Assembly: GCA_003344405.1 (NCBI GenBank) | Contig: NOWV01000178.1 | Location: 1-64,000 of the forward strand | Reading direction: 5' to 3' | Source: Trichoplax sp. H2 | Lineage: Eukaryota | DNA length: 64,000 nt | Part shown: positions 37,801 through 50,100 of the stretch, one piece after another | Numbering within the stretch: position 1 is the first letter of the stretch | Layout: each line of letters begins with the position of its first letter | Notes under the pieces: model-generated | What the model saw: the letters and a program-made list of their open reading frames with translations, nothing else | Database searches by the model: none | What the model was told of the DNA's origin: nothing | Program-made: the position numbers and the translations under genes

Positions 37801-40800
37801 GATTGGAGTTTTGTACAAGGTTGCTATTACTACTCTTTGTAACCAGTGCAATCTCTTTGCGATCTTGTATTCGACTGGATGTAATCGCTGTCGATGTTGT
37901 AGCTATCATAGTTTTATCTGGCAAATGATTGCTATTTAATGTTGCTACTAGTTGATTTTGCCACGCAGTTAAGTTATTTGTTCTTTCATGTAATAAAATT
38001 CGAATTAGTTCATGATGTTCATTTAGGGTTGGAAGAACAACCAAGTAAACTGTTTTCAAGGAAATTACTTTTTTATGCCGTTGGGAGAAGTCGGAAACCA
38101 CATCAAAAATCCCAATGATCATCTCATCCGCCTGTAACCCCATATTGCCAATTCCAATCATAGGTATAGCTATAGATCTCATCGATTCTTCATTGGCTTT
38201 TTCTAGGCATCGTTTTAACTTATCTTTTAACCACTACAACATAAAATTCATTACGAAATACAATTATTTATTTTCGATATGAATTATCAATTATGAAGAC
38301 TTCAAATAATAAAAGGTTTGCAGACTTACAGTGATAGATTTGTTAGAGCTTAAGAATGGAATATGATATACTTTTTTGCAGCCAAAATAGCTTCCATTGG
38401 TGCTTCCAATATCTTCAATATCTAAAGATTGTAAGTGAATTGCGCATTCAGATTGATATTGCTCACCACCAGCCATATATAATGCATTGGCGATAGCACC
38501 CGTATTATAATCTTGCAGACTTATAGAATTAACGATAACATCAGCCTAAAGATTTCACGTTAGCAATGACGAATTGAAATTAATATCGTTCCTCTCGACA
38601 TACATCGTAAAGATTATCTAACTTAGCAAGTTATGAAAGGCATAAGCATAGCTTAAATTTTTACAACAATATCGAATATAAGAGTATAAAGTTTCAATAT
38701 TACATACTTTTGCTCCCTCTTTTTCAACGGTGCCTAAAACCAATTCAATATCGACGTGATTATGTATCTGATTGCTCGATGTAGTAGCCTTGATACTTGT
38801 TTTGCTTGTCTCATCCTTATTAGCTGTAGTCGTACAGAGTTTATTACAACTTGCTTGTTCGGTAGTTGTTTCTAGGGTCTTTGACGCCATTATTTTCTTT
38901 TCTTTGACATACAGTGCGCTTAATTTACTATAAGAAATAATGAAAATAAGATAATAACGATAAATAAAAAACTGTACGCAAAGCAGCATCTAAGATTAGG
39001 AGATAAACATCAACTACATTTTTATAATATCTGACGAGATTACTAATACTGAATACTTGTCAGTAACTATTTATAAAAAGTGTAAATGATATTCTCAGGA
39101 AAATCGAAGATAGATCATCAATTACAATCAATTCTTAAAGGGAAAAATCTTTTATAAGCAAAACTAGTCGGTAAGATTGAAATATTATGCCAATAATTGT
39201 ATTTTCATGACATCTAGTTAGATTAATATTAATTTTTTAAAATCAAAAATTGACCAGGTACAGTTACTGTTTTAATAAATTGAGTATCGTCAAAAATTTT
39301 GGCATTGTATTATATAAGTACCCATAGCACTTAGAGAGAAAGAGCTGACTTTTATAATAAATGGTGATTAGATTTAAATTGGATTTCAAAGTATTTGTGA
39401 TATTTAGCCGGAATGCTAACGATTTCTAAATGCTTGTCTAACAAGGGGTAAAAAAAGCTTCAATATCTTCAGTAATTTTGATGATGGATTTATTAATTTA
39501 AACCAATAAGGTAGGTATATCAATAAATGATTGCTTTCAAGTATTTACTTATAATTATTTATGAAATAACTACTACGTTTGGTACCCTTTCATAAAATCA
39601 ATTTATCAAAAGAGACCCAGTACAAAAAAATTCGATTGTCTAGAATCGATTTTAGCCACATCTATTTCATTATAGCGTCCAAAACAGTACCTATGATGGT
39701 CTTCGTCTACGGCGATAGCTAAACATTCATTTTTGTCCAGTAAACATTTCAATTTCATTTGACCATGGCCAGAAGTCAAATATCTCCCCAACCTAGAATT
39801 TTTACTAATACAAGGATCTTCTTTAATAGTGAGTGAGTTTAATAACTTGTAAATCTTGTCCAGAATAGCTTTTCTGTTCAATGGATCACATTGAATTTTA
39901 ATTTGATGATGACGGATGAAAGGGTAGAGACACTTTTTCTCATCCATTTTCTCAAATAAGATTTTGCAGTCTTTACAATTTTCAAGACGAAGAATTTCAT
40001 GCCACAAGTGTAATCGTAAATATTCTATTCTTAAGGCTGAAATTTAATCAACAACACAAAACATTCAAGATCACTCTTAGGGCAGTAATATTGTAATATT
40101 TGTATAAACTTTGTTTTTATTAATATTCTGATACCTTGCTCGAGCGTATTTTCGCGAAATATCTTATAATGATCATGGAAATAACAACTTTCGAATGATT
40201 TTGATTTGTAAGATTTAGACCTGGAAGATGACAATTTATTAATAGAGCGTTAGCAAATAATGTAAATATTCTTTATATATTCCTAGATTTCAACAATCCA
40301 TCGATCTAGTCTAGTAGTAAGATGCGGATACTATAACATGCAAATATAAAATACAACAGTTATTGTTCTTTTTCATAGGTGTTAAACTTGAAGATGATCA
40401 TGTCCAAAATAATAGATAAGTATAGGATTAGCAAATAATATTATAAATTTTCATTTAAATACTCATAGCAGATTTCTGCAATCCATTAATCTAATCTGAT
40501 AGTAAAATGTGAATGTTATAACATTATATAAGTATATAATGCAATAGTTTTCGATCTGTTTTGCATCTCTTAAAACTTGAAGATGATCATTTATTAGGTA
40601 ATAGTAGCTATTAGCTGAGAATATTTATATCTATTAGTGAATAAATAATCCATAATGCTTTTTCTCTGGTAATAACTATTGAATGCTATAAATTGAATAC
40701 TATCATGGACTTCTAAATCTTAAAGATCTGAAAGTTCACTATTATGTAAGATAAAGGTTTTTCGTCGCGATTTTTGTACAGTGAAAGTTAGAGAGAGAGT

Positions 40801-42038
40801 GATTTGTTAATAAGGGATTGTAAACTTGTAATTAAACTACCTGACAGAGAAATTAGGTAAAACAGTTTAGATTAAAGCCGGCTTATATTATGGTTTCGTG
40901 TAAATTCGATGCACGCTAAAAGTGTAGTATACAATTTTTAATTCTCATTTGTAAACAATATCTTTTAAATTCTACTCAGTGTGATAGCTAGTATTGAACG
41001 ACGTAAAAGATGATTTACAATCATTACTTAAATACTGCATTTTGATGAAGTGTATTAAAAGTTGAAGGAGAAAATTTGCTATTAAACTAATAGCTAAAAA
41101 TTTCATTCCTGACTTCTACATATATTGGTACATTTCCTATACTAACAGCTATTGGACACAATAAAGCAGTCAATAGAGATTAGTTACCTATGATTTAAAA
41201 AAGTATCATTGGACTTGCTTATAGATAGTTGCTCATCTTTATTGGTATTATCTGTAAAATAAAATTGCGAGTATAATATTGATAACAATTTATGTGTAAT
41301 AATTATAACATTTAACTTTAATCTTCTAGCATCATTAAGAAAGCCTTTATGAGGTAAATATACAGCACCTTGCGTTGATGAACTTTCCCCTGCTTTCTGT
41401 AACAATTGATATTCCCTATCCGATTCTTTGGGCTCTTCTTTGACCTTTCAACCGATATGTATTATATTATTAGAAATAATAAACCAAAAAATTGGGCTAG
41501 TTGATAAGTTCTTAAAATTGATTTTATAATTTAAGATGAACTATTTCTAATTTTAATGAATAGTTCTAGTGGAAGAATAGTTTGATTTTAACGAGTAACT
41601 CTCCAAATAGACACCCTTATAAGGTTATTTAAGATCCATATCAGTAAATAATGGATACTTTAATAATATGCAGTTTATATATTGTTAATTAACAAATAAA
41701 ATCATAAAACTTGACCCGATTTTTGTATGGGAACGCGAGAAGGACGGTAAATATAGTACCTTAACAGATGTAAAATTTGAAGATTTCTTGTCGTTATCTT
41801 TGCGCTCTTCATCACTTTTACTGTCAATAATTATGACAGTAGAGGGCAATTTTGCTGTAGGTTTGGTTTCGATTGTTGCTTTGCGAGAATGATCGAACTT
41901 GCTGGTGCCTGGAACATGTTTATTAGGGGTAAGAGATCGGTTACGACTGTCGTCAAGCTTTCTTCGCTTGCAGTTTACAGGATGGGAAGAATCTTTCTCT
42001 TTAAGGTGTTCTATGTTGCCTTGCCTAGTTTCTGGCAT
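34881..42038 (-). CDS. PARP14/PARP15-like macrodomain mono-ADP-ribosyltransferase, copy 1 (~1133 aa; start tentative). Exons 42038-41760, 41444-41369, 41251-41188, 40220-40135, 40036-39691, 38927-38708, 38545-38330, 38233-36709, 36467-36135, 35137-34881
   Basis: GT-AG, phase-consistent exons (3402 nt). Macro motifs ADVIVNS, GAIANAL..AGG, SIAIPMIGIG; WWE-like PWY...QFDSKMNFEI; ART motifs RIQN, LFHGT, GTYFA, RVLTG, YPEYII. Confidence 0.85.
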
Positions 42039-43184
42039 CTTTTTTTGTTGTAAATATATGAAATACTTTTCTTGTTTGATTACTTCGATTGCCTGCTCTC
42101 AAAAATTCTTTCATTAAAGACTTTTCCATGTAAAAGCCTTTTACATTACTAAGCCAATACTTATTTGAAGAAAGGAAGATATACCGGTTATATAGACAAT
42201 CAATCTCTAGTAATAGCTGGCGCGTAATACTTGACCAACAACACTTTGATAAATTTCATACGTCTTCGAAACGAAAATTAGAGCTTAAATTATTCTTAAT
42301 ATTAACTATATTACCGTAAATAACCTTATTATAGATAACATTTGGATTGATTAGCTCTACTAAAAGTGATTAATAACAATTATGATTGATGGTACAAGAT
42401 TAATATTATCCGTAAGCTCGAGCTGAATTTAACCTAAATTGCTCCATCTGTTGTACGTATAACTATAGCAGCACTTTATATTGCAGAGTTCATAAATAAT
42501 GGCGTTGCCTTTCAATCTAGCTAACTCCATGGTTACATGTTTAAATGATGATGCTAATTAAAATAAAAGCCAATCACATCGCGTAATTTGTTTACAATAG
42601 CAGTATTTGGATTTGTATTGGTCAAGCCGTAACCGCTAGGGCTATTTTCTATTATTAGTATTATTTCTGGTCATTTTTGCAAAATATTATAGAACTGAAC
42701 ATTTGAGTGAATAAGATGTTATCTACTAAGATCACTGAATTTGCATAATAAAATTCTGGAGCAATTGTGTCGATAACGTCCAAAATATGTACCAGTTACG
42801 CATTAATAATATTAATAATATTTCGTAAATACAATAACACTAAAGGCCGTTTTGTAAAAGGCCTGATTTTTTAATTAAGTGTCGTAGTATCATCATCGAT
42901 TCATGCTAAATTCTTAGTATTTAAAAACGAGAAATTTTGATATAGTGGATAAAGCCAATATAGATCTACTAAACTGTACTATTCAACACGCACACAAACA
43001 AAATAATTTTATTATTTTGCAGAATTTTTAAATGCAAACTCTAAAATTTCGCTATGAAATTTTAATGTTTGGCTCATACTTCTTAAAAACATAAGCCTAT
43101 GGATGACAACATTATGTATAATTAGTATCGATTGATATTTTACTGTTGTTGGATCGTTTTGTATCTATAACGCAAACATGAAAA

Positions 43185-43298
43185 TGTCACAACCCTCACT
43201 TGTGGCAAAGGAAAGTAAAGAACTATAGTGTAGTTACTTAAAACTTGGGCTATTTCTCCCAGTACTTTCAGTTTCTATGAGAGAAGTATTTGAGAACT
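43185..43298 (-). mobile_element. LTR terminus running into the gap, inserted in a GPCR fragment
   Basis: Begins TGTCACAACCCTCACTTGTGGCAAAG, like the left end of the 17822 LTR; absent from the duplicate flank at 43616. Confidence 0.65.
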
Positions 43299-43318
43299 NN
43301 NNNNNNNNNNNNNNNNNN
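43299..43318. other. Assembly gap (20 N) with duplicated flanks 42887-43184 / 43319-43616
   Basis: N run; near-identical 298-bp segments. Confidence 0.95.
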
Positions 43319-43529
43319 GTATCATCATCGATTCATGCTAAATTCTTAGTATTTAAAAACGAGAAATTTTGATATAGTGGATAAAGCCAATATAGATCTA
43401 CTAAACTGTACTATTCAACACGCACACAAACAAAATAATTTTATTATTTTGCAGAATTTTTAAATGCAAACTCTAAAATTTCGCTATGAAATTTTAATGT
43501 TTGGCTCGTACTTCTTAAAAACATAAGCC

Positions 43530-43890
43530 TATGGATGACAACATTATGTATAATTAGTATCGATTGATATTTTACTATTGTTGGATCATTTTGTATCTAT
43601 AACGCAAACATGAAAAGCAAATCATCTATCTTAGTCAAGCAACTAGTAGCGTGAATTCTTTCAGTGTCTCAAGACCAAGTGTCCCATTTCGTGGTGCTTA
43701 TCTAGATAAGATAAAAATTTTGCAATGTGCCAAATAGGAATATCTCTGTATCAATCTATAGTCTATTTGTAACCCTATTCATATTCGTTATACTGTTATC
43801 GACTATTGTTACTAATTATGCTCGAATTATTAGTTATAAGGTGAGATATGCTCGAACTGAGCAACTAACTGAAGGCTGTAATGATAATTA
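43530..43890 (+). pseudogene. Internal GPCR fragment (TM3-ICL3), C-type-like
   Basis: ATGACAACATTATGTATAATTAGTATCGATTGATAT (MTTLCIISID*Y); shares GTGCCAAATAGGAATAT and CTAACTGAAGGC(T/C)GTAATGAT with 3795-4760. Confidence 0.8.
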
Positions 43891-45629
43891 TAATTGCTTA
43901 AATTCGTTATATTTATAATCTTGATAGATACTATTTTTCTATCTGTTTTTCCAAGATATTTTCTTAGCTGGTAAGATACAAAGATAATCAATTATACTTC
44001 AGCTATTATTTTTTTCTTATATTTAATAGATATTTTCTTAGCTGACAAGGCAAAGTGATACATTTGTTATAGTTTGCTTGATACGTTTATAGCCAGAATC
44101 TAATCTATTTTACTATGGTTAAAATAGCCATCTTTTATTATCAATGTTTCAGAGATATTTTCTTAGAAAGCAAGATACATGTAGAATGATTAATCAATTC
44201 TGTATGTCATATTTATTCCTAGAATATTTTTCTTATTGTAAAGTAGGATAATTAATCTATTTCAATTTACCAGATATATTTAGTCCTAATTAAATTCCTT
44301 TATCAATATCGTCTTCGTTAATAATAATTGTAACTTGTCAATCTTTTACTTCGATAATGCTTTAGTATCGCAAAACATTAACATATTGTAATTGAACTGA
44401 TCTCATCATTAGATTATACAATTATCAATAATTTAAGGCGATACCATTATAATAAATCAACCGTATATTTAAAATGCCTTTGCACACCAATATTCTACAA
44501 TTGATAGTTACAATTGACATTTACATTTATTCATAGCCTATATCGAAGTATACTCTTCCATTATACTCATATTTGTATATTATAGAGATTTTTTTTGCTT
44601 AATCATAATGAGCACTTTATGTTAAATTGTGATCTTTAATTAAGTATCGATGCGATTATAATATTTTCAAATTAATATTTTTCGCAAGTAACTTATTTGC
44701 TAAATAGTTACCCGAAGGATAATTTAATACTTGAATAACAATACTATTAATTCTAGAATGATCCAACACTTATTTTAGGAATGATTTAATACCGTAATTA
44801 GCTACATTATATTGCTTTTTTAGTCTTGTTTACTTCTGGTCGAATATATTTGTATTCGAGTCATGATTGAATATTGAAATAAAAATTATGATTGCAATAT
44901 TATAAATGACCAGCCCCCTTAAAATCATTTCTTTTTTTGTTGCTCTCGTTTAATGATACTTGTATATAGACCTCTTCTCAACAGTGATAAAGATATCTAT
45001 CAAAAATTATACTCAATTATCAAGATGGATAACTGATAGATGCAACTATTTGATACAAGTGCATTGAACTCAATACTAGAGCATTTGAATTCAGTTTTGC
45101 AATTTCACTTTTAATTCAATTATACTGTATGTTAGGAGTATTTACTACCATCACACGCATATTCTGTCATTCAGTGATATTAAATTTATTAGTAAAGTTA
45201 CGGACACTATCAGCAGAGCTAATGAACATTTAGGGTGAAACTGTCCTAACGAATTAATTTCATTGTGATATGTTACTAATATCAACACTCTAAAGTGGAC
45301 TTTTAACATTATCGATTGTCGATATTAAAGCATTTTTCATTATCACATTAAAATAAGTACGTAATAATATCAGTTTGCAGGTGTTATTTTAACTTATGTT
45401 ACGGCATTTAAAATCAATATTACACTTTTTTCAGTCCTATACCGTATGCTTCTGATTTACGCTATTTTATGGCGGTATTCGCTAAAATACTAATAAATAA
45501 TTTACTTTAAATATCAGAGATTGATTTTGCCGTATGTGCGAATAATCTATTTAAAATGAACCTATTGCAGCTAGAAGCATCTTTTGGATTTTATTCCTAC
45601 TTGTTTAATATTACTAATGAGTCATTCTT

Positions 45630-46324
45630 AAGGACCGCCAATTCAGTGATAAATTGACCCTGAAATTTGAAGGTGGTGAAAAAGCTGTGGTAGGTGAGTT
45701 CTTTGTCGAATTCGAAGCTGGCAAACATCAAGGTTGAGTTTTACTTCCAAGTATTATTGCGAAAACGCTTTGCGTCTAGCGAATCGTCCGTAAGCTAAGT
45801 CTCCAAGACATCAGAAAGGTTGAGGAGAGGTTGGAGCTTGACTTTGCCTCCTTTGCAGTAGAGGCACTTTGTCTCTTCGAGAAATGTCTTCGCTCTGCAA
45901 TGAAAGCAAATTTTATTCATCTTGCCAATAGACGTCTTGGAGTTGCCAACATAGTCCTTTCTGATTTCGTAGTCAAAGCATCTGTTAAGCCAGGTGATTG
46001 AATAATGTTGTCATAAAATTTCATCTTCTTCTCCTTCAGAGCTGAAAAAGCGAACTCTCTTTCTGCTTATACCTAGCTGATCGAGATATTTGAGTATTTA
46101 AACGGTATGATCCTCTTCTAATTAATAATTTTTAATTTGTTTCGCTGTAATATAGAGTCCACAGGTTTAAACTTTTCATTAAAGTTATTTGACTGCTTTA
46201 AAATCGACAAGGACCATCTACTCTTAATGCTGATTCAGGAGGTGGGCAAAGTTTTACCCTTTCACTCTCCGTTTGGCCGTGATGGCATTACAAAAAAAAT
46301 CCACTTTTACTTTATGTATATAGA
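45630..46324 (-). mobile_element. Decayed Helitron (5' end and N-terminal RepHel region)
   Basis: Minus strand reads FDYEIRKDY...IGKMNKICFHCRAKTFLEETKCLYCKGGKVKLQPL...KRFRNN..*NS...FTTFKFQGQ, the Helitron zinc-finger/N-terminal signature, with stops. Candidate 5' end A|TCTATATACATAAAG at 46324. 3' end not located. Confidence 0.75.
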
Positions 46325-47135
46325 TTATTATGAATAAGTTTTATTAATTGTACGGTAAAGTAAAAAGTACAAGTACAGTATTGAACGCGAAGTAGAACGA
46401 ATGCAATCTCGAATACTGGTAGTACTAGTATATTTGGATCGATCTATAACATCGATTCTATAATTTTTTATACTATTGCATAGGCCTGTTTCATTGATTT
46501 CATCTTGCTATCATGATACTAATGCTACATTAACCATAACTAGTTAAGAGTCAAGGTCCAATTGATGGTACCCATATATGCTTATTACTTTAGTTATTAG
46601 ATACAGCTCGATTGAAAATAGGGACCTATTAGTTACTTCAAGATGAGCATCTAGCTCAAACTTACTCTATAAATAGAATTGGAGAAGAAAAACATCTATA
46701 AGGTTACCAAAAACTAAATAACTAGCTATTCTACTTTGCAAGTCCTGCACGAATACTACAGTTGGATTAGAAAGGTTAGAGTATATAAAATTTGAACAGT
46801 TTATAGCTTATACAATAACAATACGTACCGCTTTAAAAGGCTTATTGAAAGAAGATGGTAAAAAATAAAAATATCTTTCAGATTTCTACCTTACATACAT
46901 GTCGATGAATACTATCGTAAATGTACTTAAAGGATGGAAATGGAAAATTACTTGGAGATACTAAGATTAAGTTACGTTATCTTCTAGTGTTTCGTATACG
47001 TATAAACGATAGAGGAATAATGCCTAGATTAACTTAATCAACACCAATTAGTTTTTTTATTATACTTGTAATTCATTTCATACTTAGACAAATTCAACAC
47101 ACTAATAACTGCATCAATATAGAAGAAAGAACATG

Positions 47136-50100
47136 TTAAACATGAACAATATATTCAGGGTAAGCTGAATTATCATTTGATACTACAAATACAGATGGAT
47201 TATTCATATTATCAACGACAGAATGGATTCGTTCTGAATTACTTCCAGGGATAATGGATAAATTAGGCTTATTGCTACAACCTGCATTGGCGTAAACGCC
47301 TGTTAGAACTCGAGCTATTATTAATGTTTTCCCATACGAGAGAGATGTAGTAGCAGAGATAGCAAAGTAAGTCCCTGTTCCAAGTGCAGAACCTACAGAT
47401 TAGTACAGTGAAAAAGATCATTTACTGTTAGGATAATATCAATTATGTCTTGATTACACGTTAATAATGAAATATTGAAGATCATTTAAAGACCTCCGTA
47501 TGCTAGTAATTGTATTGTAATTTGTTTTGAGGTCTTTAATCATGTTCATAACTTCAATTTAAAGAATATAATTAGCATACTGACTGCTGTACTTCATAAA
47601 ATGTAATTATAGCACCTGTAATATTTAGAATATAAGTCGGATATTCATTATACGATAATACGATTTGTTAACATGTCATATAATTCAATTTCAACTCTAA
47701 TATATGGCATTAGCTATATACTAGAATATAATAGATGTGATAGTAAAGGAGATGTAGCCATAATACAATTATTTTGACTTTTGTAGGTTAGTTACATCAA
47801 CTTTGGCTTTAATATACGATATTGATGACGCGTTTCGATATTTAACAGGGGACATTGAAAATGATGGTAAATATACTGTACTAAATATAAATTATTTCAA
47901 TTTCATTCAAAAGAGTGCAAACGGTACGGCTAATGCTCTGCCATGATAGCAATATCTCTAAAGATATTTATTACTTTAATCTGACTATAATGATGAAGTT
48001 GTTGATAGAGTGCGCTAGCATCTTTCATTAATTAATCATGTTGCTTCAATAAGCTGATATTCTTATGCTACTTGATAAGAAATGATACAAATGATATCTG
48101 GACTAATTATGATATTATGGCCTCTAAATATTTTCCACTATTTCAATGTTACGTACATTATACTAAGCAATTTAATTACTTCAATATAATTAAGAAACGC
48201 AATACTATTGATAAATGCCGTTAATTTCATATTGTAGCTCTACGAGGGTAAGCACTAAGAGGATATGAAAACGCCTTTAACTAACCTCGTGATTTTCCTG
48301 AAAAATCTCTATCAAATCCTTTCCTACATATAATATCGGTATTTGCTGTTGTGGTACCATGGAACAACTTTCTTTCGACTTGAGTCCCTGGTTGATACTT
48401 CTGAACTGTACTTTCAACCTCTTTTTTCATAATTTGATAACGGCGATATAGATTCCAGTTTTGGATGCGTGTTAATCTGAGAATTTGGTGGTTTCCAAGA
48501 AGTAACGAAATTTCATTTCGCTCTTTAGGATTGGTGACATCAAAAGTACGATAATAGCCATCTGTTATTCCATCAGCTGTATCCCAATGTGGAGGTACGG
48601 CGATATCCTTGCCTATTTGATAGAATAGATTGATTCATATATAATTACTTTGAAAGTTATTGCCTTTATTTTGTAACCACACTCATTTATATGCAGCATA
48701 CAGTAATATCATTTTTACTGGTTGTTAATATTATATATTCACCAGTAGACAAAAAAGAACAAAAATTCATACGTCAACATTATCATCAATTAATTAAAAT
48801 TGCATTTGCTACTAAACTCTACCATTTAATCGATCTATCTGAAGGTTATTACTCACATGATGATGCAAATTGCCCTATCGGATATTGCTTTCCATCAACT
48901 GTAATGATCATTTCTTTATAATCAATCGATTTTCTTCCGGAATCCACATTAAAAATCATCTTGGTCTTATTGTGGCAGTAAATCTCATAGTTTTTGACAA
49001 TTTCATAATTCAATTTACTATCAAATTGGACTTTAGATTGATCAATGACGGCATACCATGGAATGTTTTTAGCAATCACTTCTTGTACTTCGATATCGGA
49101 TTTTTCTTTCAATCGAGAAGCAAATAATTTATGAATAGCTGATATTGCCTTTAAAATATCGCATTCATATCCATGAATTCGTATCATTTTATTTTGATTA
49201 TATCCGACTAAAATTGTATTGTATTGGCACCAAAATTCTAACGATATTTGATGCCAACGATTTTTGTCAACATGGATAAAGTAATCATCGTCAGCAATTT
49301 CAAAAGATCCCCAACTCTGACCATATTCATTGATGATTGATTGCAGCTGGTTCATTTTGGTAAAGAATTTAGATAAGTAAATTATTTTGAAACCATTTTG
49401 CTGTTTTGTCCTATTAAAAGTTATTTCCCATCGCAATTTTAATCTTGATTTAGTAATCTCTTCTCTTATCCACGTTGCAATCTCTTCAACTCGATCCTTA
49501 GAGCCTAAGGCAAAATCGATACAATCTAGCCTGTTCCCATTATGATCGTTGTTAGTGAGAAACAATTCTATCGCTTTGAATATCTGATAAGTATGCTCTT
49601 CGTTGAATTCTATACCTGGTAATGGGAGTGATACAGATTGATCTCCATAGGTACTAATAGATTTTAATAATTGATTTACACCTGTTAAACATCCGTATGG
49701 GCATATTTGATATAAATTATAATTGGAATGGAAATTAGGTAAATACTGCAAAGTTTTCAATGTATGCTGTGGACTATTACTCTCCATTATACCATCTAAT
49801 GTCTTTAATTGGCGATGTTGATCGCATAATGCTGTCATATCGAGAATAGATTTTGTTGTAGCTCCCATAATATTTCCATGATAGAGGTTAACACGGAATA
49901 GTTTACATTTACTTTCATTATAGCAGTGAACGGTGAAATAAAGCTCGTAGCTAAGATTAGATTTATGTACAACATTGCTATTACTACTCTTTGTAACTAA
50001 TGGAATCGTTTTGTGATCATGTATTTGATTGAATGGTATAGCTGCCGATATTGTAGCTGTTACAGTATTGTCAGGGCATTCCTTAGTATCTGATGTTGCT

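Noticed and set aside
48691..49127. Plus-strand ORFs overlapping PARP exons (also 41899, 53675; 57117 over UGP2)
   Set aside because: Antisense shadows of real coding exons.
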